Below, piece by piece: positions 26,676-33,976 of a stretch of DNA of 50,569 nt (within the stretch, counting starts at the first letter, position 1; the number at the start of each line of letters is the position of its first letter). The DNA is from Blastocatellia bacterium. GTDB lineage: Bacteria; Acidobacteriota; Blastocatellia; UBA7656. The position numbers were made by a program, and so were the translations under genes. Where the stretch lies: positions 1 to 50,569 of the forward strand of contig JBIOWC010000122.1 of NCBI GenBank assembly GCA_044868105.1. Reading direction: 5' to 3'. The notes beneath the pieces are model-generated. The model did not search any database and had not been told where the DNA came from. It was given only the letters and a program-made list of their open reading frames with translations.

Positions 26676-26736
26676 GCCCTGAGCCAGGAACTCCGATAAG
26701 CTTGACGGGTAAAGGAAATTTAATATTGGAGAGATT

Positions 26737-27462
26737 ATGACTATTCATTCAACCGACACCATAGGCGATTTAGCGGTCGCCATACCGGGGGCAACAAGAG
26801 TATTTGAAAAACTTGGCATTGATTATTGTTGTGGTGGCAATCGCACACTCGATGAGGTGTGTCGTATTTCTAATCTTGAGATTGAGACCCTCGTGGGCTC
26901 GCTCACCCAGGCTGAACAATTTACTTCGGCTAACCCAGGGACCGAGGATTGGCAAAATGCTACGCTTGCATCCCTGATGACCTATATCGTAGATAAGCAT
27001 CATGACTTTACCAGAAAGGAGTTGGAACGATTAACCGCGTTGGTAAAGAAAGTCCATTTCGTCCATGGGCAAAATCATCCGGAATTGCTTAAAGTACAGA
27101 CCCTTTTTCAAACCCTGCTGGCAGACTTGAGCCCGCATATGCTCAAAGAAGAGCAGGTTCTTTTCCCTTACATCGAGCAACTTGAGAAGACGGTTTTGTA
27201 TCAAGAGGCCTATCAGCGACCATTCTTTGGCACGGTGCAGAATCCGGTGCGGATGATGATGTTTGAGCATGATGCGGTTGGTGACGTGCTCCGCGAAATG
27301 CGTGAAGTAACTCAGAACTACATGGTGCCGCCCGAAGGGTGTATCAGTTACAAAACGCTCTATCAGGCATTGCAGGATTTTGAATATGACCTGCATCAAC
27401 ACATCCATTTAGAGAACAATCTGCTATTCCCGCGCGCCATTGAATTTGAGAACAAATTATAA
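26737..27462 (+). CDS. ytfE: Iron-sulfur cluster repair di-iron protein (RIC; ScdA_N + hemerythrin-like domains)
   Basis: Collinear with E. coli YtfE as I recall it: DLAVAIPGATRVFEKLGIDYCCGG, IVDKHHDFTRKEL, HMLKEEQVLFPYI, MMFEHDAVGDVL and HIHLENNLLFPRA. RBS TTGGAGAG. Confidence 0.92.
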   Translation: MTIHSTDTIGDLAVAIPGATRVFEKLGIDYCCGGNRTLDEVCRISNLEIETLVGSLTQAEQFTSANPGTEDWQNATLASLMTYIVDKHHDFTRKELERLTALVKKVHFVHGQNHPELLKVQTLFQTLLADLSPHMLKEEQVLFPYIEQLEKTVLYQEAYQRPFFGTVQNPVRMMMFEHDAVGDVLREMREVTQNYMVPPEGCISYKTLYQALQDFEYDLHQHIHLENNLLFPRAIEFENKL

Positions 27463-27585
27463 TAGCTTGCGGCTGCCGGTTTAACTCTCGGGCAAAGTAA
27501 CTCCGAGCCTCGAGCCCGGCAAAACGCGGCGCGGCCGGCGGTTCGTTTACTTCGAGTTGACCTAGCGGTTTTAGCGAAACGCCTT

Positions 27586-27629
27586 GCCGCCTGGCAACGC
27601 GCACTTCAGGCGGCTTAGGGTGTTTTGTT
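27586..27629 (+). terminator. Hairpin + U-rich tract downstream of ric (terminator or leader element of mobB fusion)
   Basis: gccgcctg (27586-27593) pairs with caggcggc (27607-27614), followed by ttagggtgttttgtt. Confidence 0.5.
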
Positions 27630-27692
27630 AAGCGCCTTCCGCTTCGGTTGCCGGATGATAAGAAATAATGAGAGGTCTGCAAGTCTGAGTTG

Positions 27693-28706
27693 ATGATCAA
27701 TAGATTGCCAATCATCAATGTTATCGGGTACTCGAATAGCGGCAAGACCCGCTGCATCGTCGAGCTGGTTGCTATCTTAACGCGTCGCGGTTACAAGGTC
27801 GCCACCGCCAAGCATTGTCATGAAGGGTTCCAACTCGATCTTGAAGGGAAGGACTCCTGGAAACATAAACAGGCTGGCGCGGTCGCTACTTTTCTATCCG
27901 GCAACGGACAGATTGGCCTCATTCAAGATATGGGCGAATCCCTGCCGTTGCAATTTATCGCCGGGCGGTTTATCCGAACGGCGGATCTTTTACTGGCCGA
28001 AGGCTTCAGTTGGGAACCAACCCCTAAAATTCTTGTCGTTAAGGGAACGAAATTCGCGGCCGCAAAGCACGCTTCAAGCGACACCCTGTTTGCATTGGTT
28101 TGCGACGAACGACTGGATGCTTCGCTGCCACAGTTCAATTTTTCTCAGCTCGAACAACTGGCAACCCTGATCGAACAGCACTTTTTGACCGCTCTCCCAT
28201 CTATCTCATCGCAAGAACCCATAAATGCCAATGAGGTGCTGCCGGCGTCTCCCTCAAGTTTTCTCTCTTTACTGGCAACGCACGCTCATCTGGACGCTCT
28301 GTTCCTGCATCATCAAGAAGCCCTCCTGGCCTTGGATGTGGCATCCGCCCTGCAAACGCTAACGGAATATCAGCAATCGCTTTATGCGCATATGCGATAT
28401 GAGGAGGCATTGTTGCTGCCGGTCTATGAACGCGCCGGGCGCATTCAAGGCGGCGCAGTCGAATTTTTTACTGGCGAGCATAAGCGGATGCGCGAAATGC
28501 TTGAGCGCATCGAGGAAGCGCTTAACCATCTATGGAGAAGTCCTGCGGATTTGCGCCCTCACATCATCAAGCTGTTTGATAGGGAAGCCGTTTTCAAACA
28601 ACTGGTAGAGCATCACGATCAGCGCGAGCGCAATATCTTCTATCCCACGCTCGACAAGGTTACAAGCGAAGCGGAGCGTCGAACCTTACTCGAACATCAT
28701 CCGTAG
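27693..28706 (+). CDS. mobB: MobB (molybdopterin-guanine dinucleotide biosynthesis adapter) fused to a C-terminal hemerythrin-like (HHE) domain
   Basis: N-terminal ~170 aa: VIGYSNSGKTRCIVELVAILTRRGYKVATAKHCHEGFQLDLEGKDSWKHKQAGA...LLAEGF (P-loop MobB). C-terminal ~150 aa carry His/Glu-rich helices: LFLHHQEALL, FFTGEHKRMREMLERIEE and LVEHHDQRERNIFYPTLD. Confidence 0.8.
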   Translation: MINRLPIINVIGYSNSGKTRCIVELVAILTRRGYKVATAKHCHEGFQLDLEGKDSWKHKQAGAVATFLSGNGQIGLIQDMGESLPLQFIAGRFIRTADLLLAEGFSWEPTPKILVVKGTKFAAAKHASSDTLFALVCDERLDASLPQFNFSQLEQLATLIEQHFLTALPSISSQEPINANEVLPASPSSFLSLLATHAHLDALFLHHQEALLALDVASALQTLTEYQQSLYAHMRYEEALLLPVYERAGRIQGGAVEFFTGEHKRMREMLERIEEALNHLWRSPADLRPHIIKLFDREAVFKQLVEHHDQRERNIFYPTLDKVTSEAERRTLLEHHP

Positions 28707-28858
28707 CGCCCGGCCATCAGCAAGGGCAGAGGCGCTTTGTTGTGACTTTATGGGCTTGGTGAGATAGCTTCATTGATAAGGTGAGCGACTCGCTTATCGA
28801 AGACCGGTTCTCACCAGGGCACAAAGCACACACCATAAAACTAACCTGAGTTTGATCT

Positions 28859-28877
28859 AAAAAAGCCCCGAAGGGGC
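28859..28877 (-). terminator. Rho-independent terminator for the minus-strand nar-act-narK transcript
   Basis: On the minus strand this reads GCCCCTTCGGGGC followed by TTTTTT. It is the last of a series of hairpins downstream of the narK-domain stop (29095). Confidence 0.6.
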
Positions 28878-28930
28878 GCGGGTTCAATAGCCCTGTGCCA
28901 CGCGCCGGGTAGGTTTGGAGCAGTTCCTTT

Positions 28931-29043
28931 GGAGCCCTGAAGGGGCGAAGGCCGATTTCTTTCGCCCCTTCAGGGCTCCGAGGACCGCTTACCGGTTACT
29001 CCAGGGCGTTGCCCTGGGCTGTTGAATGTCGCCCCTTTGGGGC
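28931..29043. repeat. Cluster of GC-rich perfect hairpins (REP-like)
   Basis: A 19-bp perfect stem is formed by ggagccctgaaggggcgaa (28931-28949) / ttcgccccttcagggctcc (28961-28979). Further hairpins are ccagggc-gtt-gccctgg (29001-29017) and gcccc-ttt-ggggc (29031-29043). Confidence 0.8.
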
Positions 29044-29094
29044 TGATCTCCTCCTTCATTATCGTTAGGTCGAACTCACATTAAACCTTAAGCT

Positions 29095-31461
29095 TTAGGC
29101 CGCCGCCGCTTCATAGCGTTCGCCTTTGTGGCGCAGGAAGACGAAATAATTCATCGCTAAACACAGCAACGCGAAGCCTGAAAGAAAGACGAAGCCTAGG
29201 GCGTAAGAACCTGTCTGCCCGCGAATCAAGCCTAAAACCAGCGGCGGGAAAAAACCGCCGAGTCCGCCCGCCGCGCCCACCAACCCGGTGATTGTGCCGG
29301 TCTCTTTCGGGAAATATTCCGGCACCAATTTAAAGACCGCGCCGTTGCCCGCGCCTAACATTGCCGCGCATCCCAATGCCCCTGCGGTAAAGAGAATCAT
29401 ATTTGATGAAGTCAGTCCGAGCGCCAAAATCGCTATGCCTGCGAGAACAAAAAACAACACCTGCGCGCCGCCAAATTTATCTGCCAGTCCGCCGCCAAAC
29501 GGTCGCATAGCGGTTGCGACAATCACAAAGCCCGCGACCCGCGCTCCCGCATCTGTCATCGTCAATCCGAAAATATCTTTGAGCAACGTCGGCAAATAGA
29601 TGCTCAAAGCGACGAATCCGCCAAAGGTCAGGAAATAGAATAATGACAGGATCCAGGCAATCGGCTCGCGTTTTAGAATAGCGAAATATTCGCCGAGCTT
29701 TTTCGGCGGCGCTTTCACCGCAGCGTTGCGGGCAAAGATCAAAAACACCAGGCCGAATAAACCGGCCGCCGCGCCGAAAACCCAGAACGGCACTCGCCAG
29801 TTTCCGGTTGCCGCAACCAGAGCCGGCGCGCCGAACACCGCGATGGATTGCCCGATGTTACCCATGCCGTAAACCCCCAGCGCGATGCCTTGTTGATGTG
29901 CAGGAAACCATTTCGAGGTGAACGATACGCCTACCGAAAAGCTCATTCCGGCAAAGCCCAGCAAAAAACCCCAGCCTATCAACGCCGCGTAAGAGTTACT
30001 GAAACTGGCGCCGATTGCCGGAAGCAAACAAAAACATAAAAGCAAGCCGAACACTTTGCGCCCGCCATATTTGTCCGCCAGAATTCCCAAAGGCAAACGA
30101 CCGAGCGAGCCTAAGAGCACGGGCACGGCGATCAGCATAGAAGTTTGCACTGGCGTGAGGTTGTACAGTTCACGAAAGCGCGGAGCCAGCGACCCCAGTA
30201 ATCCCCACACCGCAAAGGTAACGGCGAAACCGAGGGTTGATAGCGCCAGCGCGCGATAGGCCTTCGCGTCCCAGGCAATATGGTCTTCGGGCGTTTCATA
30301 AGCCTGCAGCGCCAGGCTCTCCGACAAATAGGGGTCGTGTTTTGGCAACACCGCGGCTTTCTGCAAACCTTTAACAAACGCCCAGATAAAGAGCGCCGCA
30401 AAGCCTAGGCCTAGCGCGAGGTCAATGAAACCTGGCACCGCCGAAAGCCCCAGCGCCGGATAAATCATCACGTACAAATCCAGCCCATGACCGACCAGGA
30501 CAATCGCGCAAGCCCACAGCAGCAAGGTCTCGCTGCGTTTGGCGCGGCGCGAAATCAACAAGGCAAAAGGAATCAGCCAGTTTAAAAACAGATTGAGCAG
30601 AAAGAAAAATTTCCAGCCGCCGGTTTGCGTGCGGCGGATGTAATAGACCGCCTCTTCGGGAATGTTGGCGTAATAAATCAACAGATATTGCGACAGCCAG
30701 ATGTAGGCCCAGAAGGTCGAAAAACCAAAAACCAGTTTGCCAAGGTTGTGCAGATGGTCTTCGTTGAGTTGCGGCAACACGCCGCGCCGGCGCAACACGA
30801 TAGCCAGCACGGCGATTGCCGCGATGCCGCTCAAAAACAATCCTGAAAAGCAATAAAAGGCATAAATCGTGCTGTAGAACTCGGCTTCCAAAGACATCAG
30901 CCAATCGAAACTTGCGAGTGAAAAAGTCACCGCGAAAACCGCCAGAAAAATCGCTGACAGTTTTTTGCTCCGCATCGTGCGCCGTGGCGAATCGTCTTCA
31001 TCTTGCTTGTGCGATTCTCTGACCATCAGCCAGGCGAATAAAACCCACAACGCCAGGATGACAACCATGCGCCCAAAGAAAAACGGCGTATTCAAAAACG
31101 CCAGTTTCATCTTCATCCCGGCGCTGGCCTCCGCCAGCGAAAGATGCGTCCATTCGTAGAGCCGGTATCTGCCCAAGAAGATGGCCAGCATAGCGATGGC
31201 GCCAAACGGCAGATAATTCATCATCGCTTCCGGTATGCGGCGAATGACCGCGCTCCAGCCGGCGTTCGATACGTGATAGATGCTCAAAAAAACCATCGCG
31301 CCAAGCGCCAGCGTCAAAAAATAAAACCCGTTGAGCAACACCGCTGCCCACGCTCGCGTGCTTGCGAAGATGAATCCGACAAGCAAGCCAAGCGCGCCAA
31401 CCATGAATGACGTCGTCAAAATTTTCTGCTCGCGTTCGGTGATCAATGCCTGGTTTGCCAT
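29095..31461 (-). CDS. actF-narK: Fusion protein: alternative complex III subunit ActF (NrfD-like polytopic membrane domain) + NarK-type MFS nitrate/nitrite transporter
   Basis: One uninterrupted frame. The ATG at 31461 (MANQALITEREQ) lies 20 nt after the actE stop, with GGAG 9 nt upstream. Residues to about 400 form multi-TM ActF, ending ...LPKHDPYLSESL. From about residue 420 the sequence is MFS: GILADKYGGRKV, GVYGMGNIGQS and GAGNGAVFKLVPEYFP. Confidence 0.8.
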   Translation of the reverse strand: MANQALITEREQKILTTSFMVGALGLLVGFIFASTRAWAAVLLNGFYFLTLALGAMVFLSIYHVSNAGWSAVIRRIPEAMMNYLPFGAIAMLAIFLGRYRLYEWTHLSLAEASAGMKMKLAFLNTPFFFGRMVVILALWVLFAWLMVRESHKQDEDDSPRRTMRSKKLSAIFLAVFAVTFSLASFDWLMSLEAEFYSTIYAFYCFSGLFLSGIAAIAVLAIVLRRRGVLPQLNEDHLHNLGKLVFGFSTFWAYIWLSQYLLIYYANIPEEAVYYIRRTQTGGWKFFFLLNLFLNWLIPFALLISRRAKRSETLLLWACAIVLVGHGLDLYVMIYPALGLSAVPGFIDLALGLGFAALFIWAFVKGLQKAAVLPKHDPYLSESLALQAYETPEDHIAWDAKAYRALALSTLGFAVTFAVWGLLGSLAPRFRELYNLTPVQTSMLIAVPVLLGSLGRLPLGILADKYGGRKVFGLLLCFCLLPAIGASFSNSYAALIGWGFLLGFAGMSFSVGVSFTSKWFPAHQQGIALGVYGMGNIGQSIAVFGAPALVAATGNWRVPFWVFGAAAGLFGLVFLIFARNAAVKAPPKKLGEYFAILKREPIAWILSLFYFLTFGGFVALSIYLPTLLKDIFGLTMTDAGARVAGFVIVATAMRPFGGGLADKFGGAQVLFFVLAGIAILALGLTSSNMILFTAGALGCAAMLGAGNGAVFKLVPEYFPKETGTITGLVGAAGGLGGFFPPLVLGLIRGQTGSYALGFVFLSGFALLCLAMNYFVFLRHKGERYEAAAA

Positions 31462-31481
31462 AATCTGAGTGCTCCAAACTT

Positions 31482-32042
31482 TTATCTGCCTTGCAAATTG
31501 CGGATGTACAGAATCACTTTCCAACGGTCATTAACCGAAACCTGTGCAGCATGCGCCGGCATATCTTTGCGCCCCAGGGTGATGACATGAAACATACTGC
31601 CGTCCGGCAAATTTCTTGAGGTTTCGGTTTTGTACGAAGGCGGATTCGGATACTTGGGAATCATCGCGCCATCGCCGCCACCCGTTGCCCCGTGACACGC
31701 CGCGCAATAATTGGAAAAGATGTACTGCCCGCGCGCTAAATTTTCCGGCGTCGTGGCAAACGGATTTTTCAACTCGCGTCCGGCTCTCGCCGCTTCCTCT
31801 TCGCTCACGCCGTAATGGAAAGGCCGATGCCCTCTCGGGATGGTTCCTTCGACCGGCAGTTGTTCGGTCATCTGATTCGGCAACACCGGATTCGAGGTTT
31901 GCGAAAGGTAGGCCGGCGAGTATTGCATCTGCGTCGTCCACTCGCGATTTCGCACCGTCGCGTCCCAACCGAGCAGATAAACGCCGCCGCAAACCATCAC
32001 CGGCAACAGGATGACTGATAACCATTCGAGCGTTTTTTTCAT
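31482..32042 (-). CDS. actE: ACIII monohaem cytochrome c subunit ActE
   Basis: N-terminal TM anchor, a single CAACH haem motif, and position after actD. ATGA-type overlap with actD. Confidence 0.8.
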   Translation of the reverse strand: MKKTLEWLSVILLPVMVCGGVYLLGWDATVRNREWTTQMQYSPAYLSQTSNPVLPNQMTEQLPVEGTIPRGHRPFHYGVSEEEAARAGRELKNPFATTPENLARGQYIFSNYCAACHGATGGGDGAMIPKYPNPPSYKTETSRNLPDGSMFHVITLGRKDMPAHAAQVSVNDRWKVILYIRNLQGR

Positions 32043-32581
32043 ACGAATTGATCTCCTTCGATGACGCGAATCGCCCCGTGTTTATTGACTATTTTCAACG
32101 CCCGCCGGGCATCGAAAGCGGCATCAGCCTGTTTCAAAACCAGCACGAAGCGGTCATCGGTCACGCGGTCAAAGGTCAATTTTTTGCTGAACAACCACAA
32201 ACGATTGCGGACCAGCAACACGCCGATGGCAATCAATCCTGAAAACAAGACCATCAATTCGAAGGTCACAGGGATAAACAGCGGAAACGAATTGAACGGT
32301 TTGCCGCCGACGTTCAAAGGCCAATCGTAAGCCGAAGTCCACACCTGCAAACCCAACCCAAACGTTAAGCCTACGGCTCCGGCGATGAAGGCAATCCAGG
32401 TCAGCTTCGAGCGTTTCAACCCGACGGCCTGATCCAGGCCATGAACCGGAAACGGGGTGAACGCATCGTGAATCTCAAATCCCGATTCGCGCGCCTCAAT
32501 CGCCGCGGCTTTCAGATCATCTTCGCGTTTGAAATAGACAGCGACGTAGCGGACATTGGTTGAATCTTTAACGGCGAGCAT
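32039..32581 (-). CDS. actD: ACIII membrane subunit ActD (DUF3341-like)
   Basis: VAVYFKREDDLKAAAIEARESGFEIHDAFTPFPVHGLD followed by two TM segments. It overlaps actC by 14 nt. Confidence 0.8.
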   Translation of the reverse strand: MLAVKDSTNVRYVAVYFKREDDLKAAAIEARESGFEIHDAFTPFPVHGLDQAVGLKRSKLTWIAFIAGAVGLTFGLGLQVWTSAYDWPLNVGGKPFNSFPLFIPVTFELMVLFSGLIAIGVLLVRNRLWLFSKKLTFDRVTDDRFVLVLKQADAAFDARRALKIVNKHGAIRVIEGDQFV

Positions 32582-33974
32582 AATGCACCACCCCCTTGAT
32601 TTCGTTCATCGAGATAACCGGAAAGAGTCGCAAAAAGAGCAGGAAGAAAGTGAAGAACATGCCGAAACTTCCCAGCATAATCGTCACTTCGGTAATCGTC
32701 GGCGTATAACTCGCCCAGCTTGACGGCAGAAAATCGCGGTGCAACGAGGTGACGATAATCACGAAGCGCTCGAACCACATCCCTACGTTAATGAGAATCG
32801 AAAGCGTGAAAATTGCCGGTATGGTTGTGCGGATGCGTTTCGACCAGAAAAGTTGCGGCACGATGGCGTTGCAGGTCACCATCGTCCAATAGGCCCAGGC
32901 AAAGGGCCCCATCACCCGATTGATGATGACGAATGATTCATTGGGATTGCCGCTGTAAAAACCGATGAAGACTTCCGTGAGATAAGCGATAGACACAATC
33001 GAGCCGGTCAACAGCGTGACTTTGCACATATTCTCAAGGTGCTGCACGGTGATGTAATTTTCCAGATGAAGTAATTTTCTGACCGCAATCATTAAGGTCA
33101 TCACCATGGCGAATCCCGAAAAGACCGCGCCCGCGACGAAGTATGGCGGAAAGATGGTCGAATGCCAGCCCGGTATCACAGAGGTTGCGAAATCGAAACT
33201 GACGATGCTGTGCACCGAAAGCACCAGCGGTGTTGCCAAGGCCGCCAGCACCAGATAAACCGTTTCGTAACGCGACCAGGTGCGGTTCGAGCCATTCCAT
33301 CCGAGGCTCATCACTTGGTAAATGGCGCGTCGGAATTTCGACACCGTGCGGTCTCGCGCGGTCGCCAAATCGGGAATCAACCCCAGATACCAGAAGACCG
33401 CAGAGATGGTGAAATAAGTCGAAATCGCAAAGAAATCCCACACCAGAGGCGAACGAAAGTTGACCCACAAAGAGCCCCGTTGATTCGGATAGGGTAGGAT
33501 CCAGTAAAACAGCCACGGACGCCCCATATGAATCACCGGAAAAATCCCCGCGCACATCACGGCAAACAAGGTCATCGCTTCTGCCGAACGATTCACAGAA
33601 GTGCGCCATTTCTGATTGAACAAAAAGAGAATCGCCGAAATGAACGTTCCGGCATGCCCGATGCCAATCCAAAACACAAAGTTGGTGATGTCGAAAGCCC
33701 AGCCGACGGTTTTGTTCAATCCCCAGGTGCCGATGCCGGTGTTTACGGTGTGCGCGGTGGCGATAATGCCGGCGCACATCACAACGAAAGCCGAGAGGAA
33801 AGCGATCCACCAGCCGACGCCGGGTTTTTTATCAAGCAGGCTACAGATGTCTTCGGTGACTTCGCCGTAACTTTTGTCGCCTTCGATTAAAGGCTTGCGT
33901 AGCGCCGAAACGACTTCGTGCGAAGCCTCGTGCGGGCGCTCTTCGTGAGTGATTTTTTCAAACGCAACAGCCAT
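32568..33974 (-). CDS. actC: ACIII quinol-interacting membrane subunit ActC (NrfD/PsrC family)
   Basis: 468 aa, about 10 TM segments, NrfD-like. It starts 2 nt after the actB stop. Confidence 0.88.
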   Translation of the reverse strand: MAVAFEKITHEERPHEASHEVVSALRKPLIEGDKSYGEVTEDICSLLDKKPGVGWWIAFLSAFVVMCAGIIATAHTVNTGIGTWGLNKTVGWAFDITNFVFWIGIGHAGTFISAILFLFNQKWRTSVNRSAEAMTLFAVMCAGIFPVIHMGRPWLFYWILPYPNQRGSLWVNFRSPLVWDFFAISTYFTISAVFWYLGLIPDLATARDRTVSKFRRAIYQVMSLGWNGSNRTWSRYETVYLVLAALATPLVLSVHSIVSFDFATSVIPGWHSTIFPPYFVAGAVFSGFAMVMTLMIAVRKLLHLENYITVQHLENMCKVTLLTGSIVSIAYLTEVFIGFYSGNPNESFVIINRVMGPFAWAYWTMVTCNAIVPQLFWSKRIRTTIPAIFTLSILINVGMWFERFVIIVTSLHRDFLPSSWASYTPTITEVTIMLGSFGMFFTFFLLFLRLFPVISMNEIKGVVHYARR

Positions 33975-33976
33975 AG

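Noticed and set aside
28875-28905. tRNA-like T-arm resemblance (gggttcaatagccc).
   Set aside because: No acceptor or anticodon stems can be built around it. It belongs to the hairpin-rich spacer.
30422-33810. Alternative-frame ORFs inside actF-narK and actC (30422-30904, 30998-31477, 31531-32025, 33034-33810).
   Set aside because: They are nested within well-supported membrane-protein frames, and their translations are Arg/Gly-rich with no motifs.
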